In this document: positions 36,358 to 49,818 of the stretch, in pieces
Position numbering within the stretch: position 1 is the stretch's first letter
How the letters are laid out: every line of letters begins with the position of its first letter
Source: Octopus vulgaris
Lineage: Eukaryota
Assembly (NCBI GenBank): GCA_951406725.2
Contig: OX597817.1
Span: 152,272,001 to 152,336,000 of the forward strand
Length of the DNA: 64,000 nt
Direction of reading: 5' to 3'
Position numbers and translations under genes: made by a program
Notes under the pieces: model-generated
What the model was told of the DNA's origin: nothing
What the model saw: the letters and a program-made list of their open reading frames with translations, nothing else
Databases searched by the model: none

Positions 36358-36463
36358 CCCAGCACTGTCATTTTCCTGAACTGGTGAATGACTATACTTA
36401 GGAGCTGATTTGGGTGAAGATGTAAACAAATAAACATAATCACCTTGGTCGGAATTTTCTCCT
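36358..36463 (-). CDS. CFAP20DC: CFAP20DC exon (RGENSDQGDYVYLFTSSPKSAPKYSHSPVQENDSAG)
   Basis: atag/gtaagt, 106 nt. Resembles human FTFSSRPRSAP. Confidence 0.86.
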
Positions 36464-37407
36464 CTATAATAAAAACAGAAGAAATAACACAAGTTCATGA
36501 TTAACTGTACAAATAGTTTAATGTTTCGAGTGTCAGTATAAATATTGTGTAGTAGTAAATAAATGTACCATGAAATCTCTGTCTTCTGAGATAAAAAAAA
36601 AAACAATTGATTTTATATAAGGTTAATCAAATCAACTTTAACATTTATTTTGAAGCCTGGAAACTTATTCTGCTGGTCTCTTTTGCCATAACACTAAGTT
36701 ACCAAAGACAAGGACATAAATAAACCAACAGTTTAGTTTGTAAAAGGCAGTGAGCTGGCAGAAATGTTAGCATGCCGGGCAAAATGCTTAGCAGTATTTC
36801 GTCTGCCGTTACATTCTGAGTTCAAATTCTGCTGAGGTCGACTTTGCCTTTCATCCTTTTGGGGTCGATAAATAAAGTACCAGTTACACACTGGGGTCGA
36901 TGTAATTGACTTAATCCCTTTGTCTGTCCTTGTTTGTCCCCTCTATGTTTAGTCCCTTGTGGGCAATAAAGAAATAATAAACAAACCAACAGTGTTTGTC
37001 AAGCAGTGGCTCAATAAACACACACACACACACACACAGCAGCTCAAATTAGATCAAGCAGACTCAATATGAAAGGCACTCCATCAGTGACGATCCCATT
37101 TATTTTTAGGTACAGTGCATTCTCCATAATGTCCACCTTTGTTTAAGGTTTTAAAATTTGGCTGTGTTTTTGAGCAGCTTGAGCAACAGCAAAGAGGCTA
37201 CCTTTTTGATAATTATCCACATCATCAATTACTGTCCATTTTCCATTCTGGCATAGATTTAGGGTATACTAATAATATTGGAGGTGGTCACTATCAACAT
37301 TTCAAGCTGGAAATAGTTGGGTTCTTTTGGTCAAAGGGAACACTGCTAAGAAAGAGATATCCTACTATAGTTAAATGTTGCTACTACATCTCATCTTTAT
37401 TTTCCTT

Positions 37408-37609
37408 CTTACTCTTTTACTTGTTTCAGTCATTTGACTGTGGCTATGCTGGAGCACCACCTTTAGTCAAGCAAATCAACCCCAGGACTTATTCTTTGTA
37501 AGCCTAGTACTTATTCTATCGGTCTCTTTTGCCAAACCGCTAAGTTACGAGGACGTAAACACACCAGCATCGGTTGTCAAGCGATGTTGGGGGAACAAAC
37601 ACAGACACA

Positions 37610-37653
<44 letters not shown>

Positions 37654-37832
37654 CATATACATATATATGACGGGCTTCTTTCAGTTTCCGTCTACCAAAT
37701 CCACTCACCAGGCTTTGGCCAGCCTGAGGCTATAGTAGAAGACACTTGCCCAAGGTGCCATGCAGTGGGACTGAACCTGGAACCATGTGTTTGGTAAGCA
37801 AGCTACTTACCACACAGCCACTCCTGCACCTA
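37408..37832 (-). mobile_element. tRNA-derived SINE family 2 (CORE-like CCTTGGGCAAG, internal (TA)/(TG) microsatellite, AAAAGAGT tail)
   Basis: A/B-box-like head TGGCTGTGTGG...GGTTCAGTCCC. Copies at ~21353-22503(+), 25615-25952(+), 39250-39630(-), 43125-43510(-), 43996-44405(-), 45519-45908(-), 47920-48510(+). Confidence 0.8.
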
Positions 37833-38141
37833 TAATCATAATGTTTTCACTGATCTTTCAGTCATTATTACCTAGAATCCTGAAGGTGCCTTTAACTGGT
37901 CATTTAACCTGCTAATAATAGCAGCCAAATATCTTTTAACCACATCCAATTGTATTAAAATAAAAGAATACATTGGATAATGTTGTTTTTGGATGCTAAG
38001 CTTGGAATAAAGGTGGGATCGTTATGGTTAGAATGCTTTTGATTAGGGGCAACTAGGAGCTAAATAACAACAAATTAAGTAGTACAATCCAAGATAGAGC
38101 CACAACCAGTGGTGAAGATGATAAAAGTATTGCTGTCTTAC

Positions 38142-38274
38142 CTGATTCCATCTTCATTATCTCTTGGTTCATTATCTTCATCAATATATTGATTAACATC
38201 ACTGGTGTCTGTATTTAGTTCATTTCTGTCCTTTAACATTGCAATGATGGCCGACAGGGATTCATCCATCTCAA
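38142..38274 (-). CDS. CFAP20DC: CFAP20DC exon (VEMDESLSAIIAMLKDRNELNTDTSDVNQYIDEDNEPRDNEDGI)
   Basis: cctag/gtaag, 133 nt, phase 1 to 2, consistent with neighbours. Confidence 0.82.
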
Positions 38275-38324
38275 CTAGGAGTGGAAATAAGAAATAAAAT
38301 TACATCTCATGTTTAACAGGAAAG

Positions 38325-38329
38325 ATATA

Positions 38330-38404
<75 letters not shown>
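38325..38404. repeat. Compound (AT)n/(TAA)n microsatellite, representative of dozens of (AT), (AC), (GAT), (TAA) tracts
   Basis: Directly visible. Confidence 0.95.
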
Positions 38405-39501
38405 TTAGGGATTATAACTCCAAACTTACAGGGAAAAATTCAATTTAGTACTAAATCAACATTATAGTGGTTTTATCTCTAATTTATATTATATATATAT
38501 ATATATATAATATATATATACATATATATACATATAGACAAAAGGAGAAGGCCAACCAAAGCCTTGTAAGAGATGACTATAAATCTATAAATGCTTTCAA
38601 AATTTCGAAATCAATTTTTTTGCCAAATTAATTTTCAACTGAACATTTGGCTTTCAATCCATAACAAGTTTGCTCCCCAGCCACATGGTTCCAGCCTATG
38701 CTTTTTTATGCACCGTTTGCCTATATGAGGAGGATCTCTCAAACCTGATAATGCAGTATTTGATGTTCTAACAAGTCATCTACATTAAGGTGAATACAAT
38801 TATTGCCTTTTGGTACTAATTGAGCTTCTTTTGCTAATAATTTTTAATAAACCTGCTGGCTATTTGTGACATCAGTGCCTGGAAAGATGCTGATATTTTA
38901 TATATTGAGGCAGTGAGATTTGACATGTATGTGGCCACAAGACACCTCCCACTGCTGAGGTCCAGTGAAATCACATAAGGGAATTTTAGTGCCCATAACA
39001 GATGATTTTTGTCTGCTATGATTTATGTCCATGCTTATATGCACCAAGCACCTATATGAAAGGATCTCTCACGGCTAATAATGTAGTATTCAGCATTTCA
39101 CAAGACAACTATGTTAAATTGGATATAGAAATTGCCATTCAATATTAATACTACTTCCCTCCCTAATAATTGATATATATATATATATATAGCATTGCCC
39201 CAGCATGGCCACAGCCTCATGACTGAAATATCTAAAAGAATATAATGTATTCTTTTATTCTTTTAGTTGTCTCAGTCATTTGACTGCGGCCATGCTGGAG
39301 CACTGCCTTGAAGGATTTTCATTGAACAATTCAATCCTAGGACTTATTACTTTAAGCCCAGTACTTACTCTATCAGTCTCTTTTGCTGAACTGCTAAGTT
39401 ACAAGGATGTACACACACCAACACTGGTTGTCAAGTGGCGAGAGTGGGGACAAACAGACACAAAGATACATACATATAAATATATACACACACACATATA
39501 T

Positions 39502-39546
<45 letters not shown>

Positions 39547-39915
39547 ACAATGGACTTCTTTCAGTTTTCATCTCCTAAATCCACTCACAAGTCTTTGGTC
39601 AGCCCAAGTCTATAGAAGACACTTGCCCGAGTGTATAATGGTGTATAATGGGCAAGTGTATAATGGTGGATTTTGACACAGTTTACATCTACTAAATCCT
39701 CTTGCAAGGCTTTGGTTGGCCAGGGCTACAGGAGACACTTGGTCAAGGTACTGCACAGTGCGACTGAACCCAATGGTACGTGGTTGTGATGCAATCTTCT
39801 TAACCACACCATAGAATGTCTGCACCTTCATAGAATGTATGTTAAATAAATTTTTAGCCAACTCCTCTCCTGACAATCTTTACATTTTTTTTTTTTCAAA
39901 TTCTGTTAAGTTTAG

Positions 39916-40765
39916 CCCCTTAATGGATTATCCTGAATTTACTCGTGCATTGCAAATGTATCTTTTTAGAACCAGACGTGTATACTTGGTCAAAATTAAC
40001 TTTTAATTTTAGCACTCAAATGAGTTTATTTGTTTTGTGTCATTTCCTTTTTGAGCAATCACGAATTTACTAGCGTTGTTTAAAAAAAATAGGTATTTTT
40101 TTTTTATTTGATGGATTTGGCTATCTGGAATACTTATGTTTTGTATAAAGCATCTTTGGAAACTTTAGCTACTATGAAACCGCCGAAATTTAGAATGCAA
40201 ATAATCACCAAGATTATTGAAAAATATAGGCCCTTATTGCCTCCCATGAAACCAAGAAGACCATCATCGATCCCACATCCAACAAGATTTGCCCCAGCTG
40301 GTCATTTTCCCATGGAAATACCACCAAGTGATAAGAAAAAGAACCCTACAAGATAGTGTGCAAAATGCACAGAGAAGAGAGACGCTAAAGGAAAGAAGAT
40401 TCGAAGAGGAAGCAGATATATGCATGATTTCTGCAAGATAACTTTGTGTGAAACTCTTTGTTTTAAAAATCATCATTCTAAATAAACTGTCTATCTCATT
40501 TTTTAAAAATGTTCCTTTGATTTAAAAGCAATACATCCCATAAAAAATCGAAGATAGTTAAGTTATATGTATTTTTTCAATGTCCGAGTTAACTCGTTTA
40601 AATCCAAATGAGTAAAAGTACATTTTAATTTCTATAATAAAAAATAAAGGAAACAAGATAAAAAAAACTTTTTTTGAAATTAACAGTGTATATAATTAAA
40701 AAAGGAAATAAAAAAATATTCTCTGAAATGAAACACCATGTCAAAATAATTGATCCATTAAGGGG
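39916..40765 (+). mobile_element. Internally deleted piggyBac transposon
   Basis: TIR CCCCTTAATGGAT / ATCCATTAAGGGG, TTAG/TTAA flanks. ORF 40108..40356 followed by C-x2-C...C remnants of the transposase C-terminal cysteine-rich domain. Confidence 0.85.
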
Positions 40766-40819
40766 TTAACACAATACCTAACGGAGAACAATATTAAATC
40801 AGGAACAAAAAGCATTTAC

Positions 40820-41365
40820 CTGGTTTGCGTGGCAACTGAGTATCAGGCTCATCACACTCTGTTGGTTTTTCTTTAGAAACAGACTGAGCTTGGTGTTTGT
40901 TCTGTCGTTTATTATCAACATTTCTTTTCACTTTTGTCGTATTAGAATTCAAACTGTTTGCATGGCTGCCATTTTCATTTTTTATATCTTGACCTTGATT
41001 TAAAGAAGTTCTTTGTTGTTGCGTACTCTTTTTTGAGCTTTCTTTTATTTTGCTACCCCGTTGAAAATCAGGACTTTTGCTATTTTTATTAATTCCTTTT
41101 GTTTCTCTCAAACCCTTATGGAGATTTTGATCTTTCATGGAAGAATTCTTCAGTCTAGAACTTGATCCATTTTGAGACACATTACATAACTCTGAATTAT
41201 TTACACTCAACATAAGGTCTTCACCAAGAATAATATTTGTTGCTCCATCTGAGCTGGCACTATTGGATTGTCTGTCTGAACTTGTACTCTTTACACGAAT
41301 TTTTCTTCGATTTTTTTCCGTAGAAGGCTCTCGGGGTGGATGTGGCTTAAAAAGCATAGAAGTAC
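40820..41365 (-). CDS. CFAP20DC: CFAP20DC large low-complexity exon (GTSMLFKPHPPREPS...DTQLPRKP)
   Basis: tcag/gtaaat, 546 nt. Corresponds to ORF 40794..41357, with a PHPP motif and S/K/N-rich disordered sequence. Confidence 0.87.
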
Positions 41366-42443
41366 CTGATCAAAAAAAAATATTCAAATGATGAGACAAA
41401 CATGGAAAACATTTACTGGAATATTTGAGTCCTACTGATAACAGATACTTCCTTTTCAATACACTTTAATCTTTAATCTTTTACTTGTTTCAGTCGTTTG
41501 ATTGTGGCCATGCTGGAGCACCACTTTAAAGGGTTTTAGTGGATCAGATGGATCCCAGTACTTATTTTTTTAAAGTTTGATACTTATTCTATCAGTCTCT
41601 TTCGCTAGACCACTAAGTTACAAGGATGTAAAAAAAAACAATACCAGCTGTCGAGTGATGTAATAGGGAGGACAACTAGACATGAAAGAAACAAACACAG
41701 ACACTCACATAAACATAGGTTGTAGAAATTAAAAAAACAAACACAAAGACAAAATAAAAACAGAGTGTGCCCAGGAAAAGAGAGGGAAAAGTTGTTTATG
41801 TTTGAGCATACACTCTTCTGCAGAAAGAGTAGATGAGAAAAGAAAAACAATAGAGAAAAGGACAAATGTGTCTCAATCAGATGGTCAACGCATACTGAAA
41901 TGACCAGAAAAAGAAGAGGTGACTAAAGGTGTGAGTGGCAAGGGGGACAACTGTGAAACCAGCATATGTGTATGTGTGAGCAAGCATTCATATGTATTTA
42001 TACTCTGAGTATTTGTGCATGTGTATATAGTGCATGCACACATGCACATGTAAGTGTCCATGTTTTCTCTGTATGTGTTTGAGGATATCAGGCATATGTA
42101 TCATCATCATCATCATCATCATCATTCTTTAACATCTATTTTCCATGCTGGCATGGATTGGAAGGTTTAACCCAGAGCTGGCAAGCTGGAGAGCTGCACC
42201 AGGTTCCGGTCTGATTTGGCTTGGTTTCTACAGCTGGATGCCTTTCCTAAGGCCAACCATTTTTCAGTGTGTGCCACATGCTTTTAACATGGCACCACAT
42301 GAGTGCTGCCGCATGGCACTAACATGAGTGCTTTTTATGTGGCACCAGAACAGGACATTTTACATGGCACTGGCACACTTTTTATGTGACACCGGCACAT
42401 ATTTTTTATGTGGCACCAGCACATACATATATGTAGCTATCTG

Positions 42444-42444
<1 letters not shown>

Positions 42445-42480
<36 letters not shown>

Positions 42481-42629
42481 TCCTATGAAGTTATTGTGTG
42501 TTCATGCAAGTGTGTATATGTGTGTGTTTGTGTGTCCTTGTTTTCCCTTTATGTGTGTGTATGAGACTATCGGTCGTGTATGTCATGTATGTGTTTGTGT
42601 GTGTGTGTGAAGCTACTGTTTGCATGTGT

Positions 42630-42667
<38 letters not shown>

Positions 42668-42845
42668 TATTTTCAGTTTGTGTATGTGTTTACAAATTAT
42701 TACACAATGTATGCATATGAACATGTGCAAGAACACGTGTCTATAAAGCTGTAGTGTGCTTGTGTAAATGTGTGTGTGTGTGTGTGTGTGTGTAAGTCTG
42801 TTTTCTGCTTGTGTGTGTGGTGTGTATGCAGATGTTATGTGTGTC
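42445..42845. repeat. Degenerate (TG)n-rich low-complexity tract
   Basis: Directly visible. Source of spurious THTH/CVCV ORFs. Confidence 0.9.
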
Positions 42846-43354
42846 ATACTGGATAGAGTTGTCAGGTGGAAAAAGTGGTTGGTGTTGGGAATTGCAGGTG
42901 TATTGTTATTAACCTGCTACTATAAGTGTGAAGACAGGTAGCACAAGGGACTGTGATGGAAGTGTGGGTGCTGGTGTGTGTGAAGTAGGAAGGAGTGAAT
43001 GTGTGTAGGTGTATGTGTATGCTGTTTGAACATAAATGGTATGTGTGGTGTTGAGTAACAAGTTATATGGCAGGTTTCCATCAGCCAAAATCATTCACAA
43101 GACATTAGTCAGCCATGGACTATACTCTCTTTTACTCCTTTACTTGTTTCAGTCATTTGACTGTGGCCATGCTGAAGCATTGCCTTTAGTCGAGCATATC
43201 GACCCTAGGACTTATTCTTTGGAAGCCTAGTACTTATTCTATCAGTCTCTTTTGCCGAACCGCTAAGTTACGGGGACGTAAACACACCACCATCGGTTGT
43301 CAAGTGATGTTGAGGGGGGGGAGGGGACAAACACAGACACACAAACATATACAC

Positions 43355-43410
<56 letters not shown>

Positions 43411-43563
43411 GACAGGCTTCTTTCAGTTTCTGTCTACCAAATCCACTCACAAGGCCCTGGTCGGCCCGAGGCTATACTAGAAGACACTTGCCCAAGGTGC
43501 CACACAGTGGGTCAATAAATTAGTTAAAATAACTAACACACAGAATGTGTTGACTATAAAAAT

Positions 43564-43784
43564 TTAACCCTTTAGCATTCAGATTCCTCTGTCAAAAGTA
43601 ATGCTTATTTATTCACATTGTTTAGAATTCATCATGCATTATCTCATAGCTTTGAGATTTTGACTTGATCGGTTATTTTAAGAATGACAATGTCAGGTAG
43701 ATGTGAGAGGCTGGATCTGGCCAGTTCGAACATAAAATAGAATAATTGGGCCAGATATAGATGGTTTAAATGCTAATGAATTAA
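43564..43784 (+). mobile_element. TTAA-flanked MITE, family of 1572-3276
   Basis: Colinear with the flanks of the mariner at 1630-3102. Confidence 0.65.
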
Positions 43785-43810
43785 CACAAAATCATAAAAT
43801 AATAACTCAC

Positions 43811-43859
43811 CAGTAATTTTGGATGAGGTAGACTGGACATTTTTCTCCACAGATAATCG
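43811..43859 (-). CDS. CFAP20DC: CFAP20DC small exon (RLSVEKNVQSTSSKIT)
   Basis: ttag/gtgag, 49 nt. Needed to shift phase 0 to 1 for the next exon. Confidence 0.75.
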
Positions 43860-44609
43860 CTAATAATAAAAAAGACAAAAGGAAATTAGATGATGAAACA
43901 GTGTTGATAATGCACTTTCAATCATGTTCTTTTATTCTTTTCCTGATTAATTCTCGTATTTTCATAATCTCTATTTATTCTTACGGGCCTTACATATTCT
44001 TTACTCTTTTACTTGTTTCAGTCATTTGACTGTGGCCATGCTGGAGCACCGTCTTTAGTCGAGCAAATCGACCCCAGGACTTATTCTTTGTAAGCTTAGT
44101 ACTTATTCTATTGGTCTCTTTTGCTGAACTACTAAGTTACGGGGACGTAAACACACCAGCATCGGTTGTCAAGCGATGTTGGGGGGGAAAAAAAACAGAC
44201 ACACAAACATACACATATATAGGTATATATACATATATATACAATGGGCTTCTTTCAGTTTCTGTCTACCAAATCCACTCACAATGTTTTGGTCGGCCCA
44301 AGGCTATAGTAGAAGACACTTGCCCTAGGTGCCATGCAGTAGGACTGAATCCGGAACCATGTGGTTCGTAAGCAAGCTACTTACCACACAGCCACTCCTA
44401 CACCTATTACTTATTCTCATTCTTTAATAATTCTTGTTCTTACTTATTCTTATGTTCTTTAATTCCTATGTCTTTACATATGCAATCCTGTACAAACCAA
44501 GATATTAGAAGGAAATCTACATCGATCAAGTCATATAATAATATGGACATGTGATTAGAATATCACAGGAAAGAATTACAAGACGGATTCTTCAATTTGA
44601 GCCAAATCA

Positions 44610-45350
44610 GTTATTTTATCATGGTGGTATAGCACAGTTGTGCCATGGCCACTTTATCCAATTAGAGCTGGTTGCTGAAGGATACATGTGGCAACTTCCA
44701 CCAAGCAGTATACGTGCCTTTTTCCAATAAGCTAAATGAGTTGCGTAGCATTGATAGTGAACACAGTAATAGTCACATAGCAAAAAGGGTGATGTTGCCA
44801 CTAGGGCCATCAAATCTGCAACTCTCTAAGATGTTTATAAAGTCAGACAACAGCACAGCTCCCATGACTTTCGGAAACACTTTTTTTCATGCTTAGAGTT
44901 GCTGAAGCATGGAACAAACTGCCGGCATCAGTTGTTAGTTATCGGAGCACTGCATCTTTCAAAACTTCCATGCTTCCTGAGATTCGCCAACACTACACCT
45001 GATTTTCTCCCCTCCATACACACGCAAGCATGTATCTGACTCATACACTGTTCACTTCCCAGACATTTGTACATTACTGCATATACTTTTTATGCACTTT
45101 TGACAAGTTGTGGTGCACCTGAGCACTGTATACAAAATAATTTCATTATTATCATTATTATGGTGTTGAACATACAAGATGTGCCATGTTGAAGAAAGTG
45201 ATGTTGCTTCCTCACCATCAAATCCGCAACTCATTTAGCTATTTGAAAAAGGCACGTATACTTCTGGGCGGTAGTTGCCACATGTATCCTTCCACAGTCA
45301 GATCTAATTGGATGAAGTGACCATAGCACAACAACACAACAAAATAGCTC
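44610..45350. mobile_element. Long-TIR fold-back DNA element (~130-bp arms)
   Basis: 44635-44745 is the reverse complement of 45223-45333 (GAAGGATACATGTGGCAACT / AGTTGCCACATGTATCCTTC etc.). Confidence 0.65.
44860..45160 (+). mobile_element. CR1-type LINE 3' fragment nested in a long-TIR element
   Basis: Same family as 14247-14702. Confidence 0.75.
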
Positions 45351-46213
45351 TTTTCTGTTTCATTACATATCCATAGCCTAGTGTTTGGGAATCCAGCTAG
45401 AAAGTGTAATGATGACTGCTTCTGATAGGATCCTTATAGGGAAAGGTGCCTGAAGACTCTATCTCTGCCCCTCATGATCCTTCCAGGAAAAGTGAACAGA
45501 GAAAATAGATGGATGGATACTCTTTTACTTGTTTCAGTTATGTGACTGTGGCCATGCTGGAGCACCGCCTTTAGTCAAGCAAATTGACCCCACGACTTAT
45601 TCTTTGTAAGCCTAGTACTTATTCTATCGATCTCTCTTGCCAAACTGCCAAGTTACGGAGATGTAAACACACCAGCATCGGTTGTCAAGCGATGTTGGGG
45701 GGACAAACACGGACATACAAACATATACACACACATATATTCATATACGACGGGCTTCTTTCAGTTTCTGTCAACCAAATCCACTCACAATGCTTTGGTC
45801 GGCCTGAGGCTATAGTAGAAAACACTTGCCCAAGGTGCCACGCAGTGGGACTGAACCCAGAACCATGTGGTTCATAAGCAAGCTATTTACCACACAGCCA
45901 CTCCTACAGCTAAATAAAATAAAACACAAACTTCTATTTTTACTTTACTTTGCTATTTTGCAAAGATTAACAAATGCAAATGTATAAAATGGCAATCATC
46001 CTCATCACCATCTAACAGCCATTTTCCATGCTGGCATGGGTTGGACTGTTTGACTAGAGCTGGCAAACCGGAGTGCTGCTCTAGGCTCCAGTCTGATTTG
46101 GCATAGTTTCTACAGCTGGATCCCTTTCCTAATGTCAACTACTTTACAGAGAGTGCTGGGTGCTTTGGTGGGGGAAAAAAACTTCCAAAAATACAAAACA
46201 ATACCATACAAAC

Positions 46214-46287
46214 CTCTTTGGAACTTTTCCGTTGAACTGGAAGAGAAGTTTTAGAACCGAATGCTATCAGCTTCTTTGTCTTTAAAT
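46214..46287 (-). CDS. CFAP20DC: CFAP20DC exon (DLKTKKLIAFGSKTSLPVQRKSSKE)
   Basis: AG/GT, 74 nt. Contains the conserved IAFGSK motif. Confidence 0.87.
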
Positions 46288-49200
46288 CTAGGTAAAGAAA
46301 GAAATAAAGTCAAAATGTTGACTGTTAACATGTATTTTCTAGGATACCTGTCTGCATTCAATTTACAGTGTTTTCCGTATTCCACAAACTCAAGATTTTG
46401 CATGAATTGTTTAATGGGAAGCCTCTACATGTCACACAATCTCTCTTAAATCCCCCAAATCCATTTAAAATATATAAAAAAATTAATATTAAACAACGAT
46501 AGGATAGTCATAGCTGGAATGCCTTTAATTATAGATTTGCTCAGTCAGAACTGATTTGAGCTAATTAACAACCTTCCAACATCAGTTATGAAGTATGACT
46601 AGAATCTGATTTCAGCAATTTGAACTAATTTTAATTAAGCACAGTATACTAATTGTGTGGTAAGCTGGCAGAATCATTAGCATGTTGGAAAAAATGCTTA
46701 ATGGCATATCTTCCAGTTCTGTACATTCTGAGTTCAACTTTTCCTTTCATGTCTTCAGGCTTGATAAAATAAAGTACCAGTCAAGTACAGGGATGGTTAG
46801 TCCACATTTATCTGTAAGGAGCCTAGCACTGGTTTCTCTGGCATATATATATATTTCTTCCTGGACAGGACACTGGCTTGTTGCAGGACCACTCATTTTT
46901 ACCAGCTGAGTGGACTGGAGCAACATGAAATGAAGTGTTCTGCTCAAGAACACAATGCATCACCTGATCCAGGATTTGAAACTACAATCCTATGATCATG
47001 AGACTAACACCCTAACCACTAAGTCATGCACATCCACATTCTTGGATAGATGTAATCAACTTGTCCCCTCCTTTCAAATCGCTAGCCTTGAACCCTGCAA
47101 TGGGTGAGCATCTTGTTCAGAGGGAATGTTGTGATCTTGGTCACTTGTATGCCATGGAAACCAGCCTTAAAGTCCTAGGGTTCAAAAACAATAAGGAAAA
47201 ACCCACATATTTGTAACAGGGTATGTAAAATAGTTATTAGAGTAAAGAGGAGACAATGACAACAATTCTTTTCTTCTCAAGGTACAAATCCCGAAATTTT
47301 GGTGGAGGGGGCTAGTCAATTAGATCGACCCCAGTATGCAACTGGTACTTAATTTATTGACCCCCGAAAGGATGAAAGGCAAAGTCGACCTTGGCAGAAT
47401 TTGAACTCAGAATGTAAAGACAGATGAAATGCTGCTAAGCAATTCCCCTGATGTGCTAATGTTTCTGCCAGCTTGCTTCCTGAGACAATAACAAGAATGA
47501 AGCAACAGATGGTGTATTATGAATTCCTCAATCAAACAGAATTGGTAATTTAACCTGTTTTAAACCAACCTATCTGAGACACTATTGGTTCTATGATACA
47601 AACTTGTGATCTAAATTAAAACCTTCATCAAAATTTTAAGTTAATTCATGCTCTGAGCACCAGTTTAAAAATGGTTTCAAATTTTGGCACAAGGCCTGCA
47701 ATTTCAAAGGAGAGGGTACGTTGATTATATCGACTCCACTGCTCAACTGATGCTTATTTTACTGACCCTGAAAAAAAATGAAGGGCAAAGTCAACCTTGA
47801 TGGAATTTGAACTCAGAACATAAAGGACAAAATGTTGCTAAGCAGTTTGCCCAGCATGCTCATGATTCTGCCAGCTCACTGCCTTTAATAATGACAAATT
47901 TATTTTACTAAATTCTTCATAAAGTGGCTGTGTGGTAAGTTGCTTGCTTACCAACCACATGGTTCCGGGTTCATCTTCTACTACTACCTCGGGACGACCA
48001 AAGCCTTGTGAGTGGATCTGGTAGATGGAAACTGAAAGAAGCCCGGTGTATATATGTATATATTATGTGCAGGTGGCACATAAAAAGCACCATTTGAGCG
48101 TGGCCATTGCCAGTACCACCTGATTGGCCCTCGTGCCGGTGGCATATAAAAGGACCCACTACACTCTTGGAGTGGTTGGCGTTAGGAAGGGTATCCAGCT
48201 GTAGAAACTCTGCCAGATCAGATTGGAGTCTGGTTCGCCAGACCTCAGTCAAATCGTCCAATCCGTGCTAGCATGGAAAGCACACGTTAAATGATGATGA
48301 TGATGATGATGTGTGTGTGTTTGTCCCCACTAACATCACTTGACAACCAATGCTGGTGTGTTTACGTTCCCGTAACTTAGCGGTTCGGCAAAAGAGACCA
48401 ATAGAATAAGTACTAGGCTTACAAAGAATAAGTCGTGGGGTTGATTTGCTCGACTAAAAGCGGTGCTCCAGCATGGCCACAGTCAAATGACTGAAACAAG
48501 TAAAAGAGTAAATTTCAAAATTAATTGAAATGAAGGGTTCATCTAGACAACTGCTCAACACTTTCAATGTCACACAGCCCTCCACCACCAAATTGCTTAT
48601 ATTCCATAAATATATTGATGTTGAATGAATTTAACAAAGGAAAGTAGATACTTCTGTTAAAGCACAATGATCAGATGTGAATGCAGTTGTTGGATATGAA
48701 TGCACAATAATTGGTATGACAGTACAATTCACACAAATGAAGGCAACGAGCTGGCAGAAACGTTAGCATGCTGGGCGAGATGCTTAGCAGTATTTCGTCT
48801 GCCGTTACGTTCTGAGTTCAAATTCCGCTGAGGTCGACTTTGCCCTTCATCCTTTTGGGGTTGATAAATTAAGCACCAGTTATGCACTGGGGTCGATGTA
48901 ATCGACTTAATCCCTTTGTCTGTCCTTGTTTGTCCTCTCTATGTTTATCCCCTTGTGGGTAGTAAAAGAAATAAGTACAATTCACACAAATGCACTCATT
49001 CATACAATAGGATTCCACACAGTTTCTGCCTTAAATTTCGCTCATAAAACAGTGGTAAGCCTGAAGCTATAGTAAAAGAATATTTGTCCAATGTATCATG
49101 CAGTAGTATTGAACCTAGAACCATGTGGTTGTGAATCAAACTGCTTAGCTATACAGCCATGCCTGCATCATCATCATCATCATCATCATCACCAGTCAAT

Positions 49201-49694
49201 GCCCAGCTTTCATGCTGCTGTGGATTAGATGGTTTGAAGTGATTGATACTGCGTCACCTTACTAGCATGTATGCTGGTGGCATGTGAAAAAAACATTTGA
49301 GCGAGGTCATCGCCAGTTCCGCTGGATTGGCTCCTGTGCAAGTGGCACATAAAAAGCACCATTTGAGTGTGGCCGTTGCCAGTACCACCAAACTGGCCCT
49401 CCTGCCGCTGGCACGTAAAAGCACCCACTACATTCTCGGAGTGCTTGGCATTAGGAAGGGCATCCAGCCGTAGAAACTCTGCCAGATCAGATTGGAGTCT
49501 GGTTCGCCAGGCCTCAGTCAAATTGTCCAACCCATGCTAGCATGGAAAGCGCACGTCAGAAGATGATGATGATGATGATGAAAAGGTGTGAAGAGTCATG
49601 CACCAATACTTTGGCATGGTTTCTACAGCTGGACACCCCTCCTAACACTAAGAAGAAATACCTAGGCAGTAATTCTAAGACAGAAGTCAATCAC

Positions 49695-49818
49695 CTGTAT
49701 CTGACATAGAAGATGAATGCTGAAACTCATTTCTGTTGCCTGATGCTTCCCATGAAATATTTCCATTTTCCATATTATTTAACTTTTCTCCATGCTGTAT
49801 TTTTCTGATGTTGATAAT
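49695..49818 (-). CDS. CFAP20DC: CFAP20DC exon (IINIRKIQHGEKLNNMENGNISWEASGNRNEFQHSSSMSDT)
   Basis: ttctag/gtgat, 124 nt, open and phase-consistent with both neighbours. Confidence 0.8.

Noticed and set aside
42491-42847. His/Thr-rich and Cys/Val-rich ORFs (also YIYI ORFs throughout)
   Set aside because: Translations of (CA/TG)n and (AT)n microsatellites.
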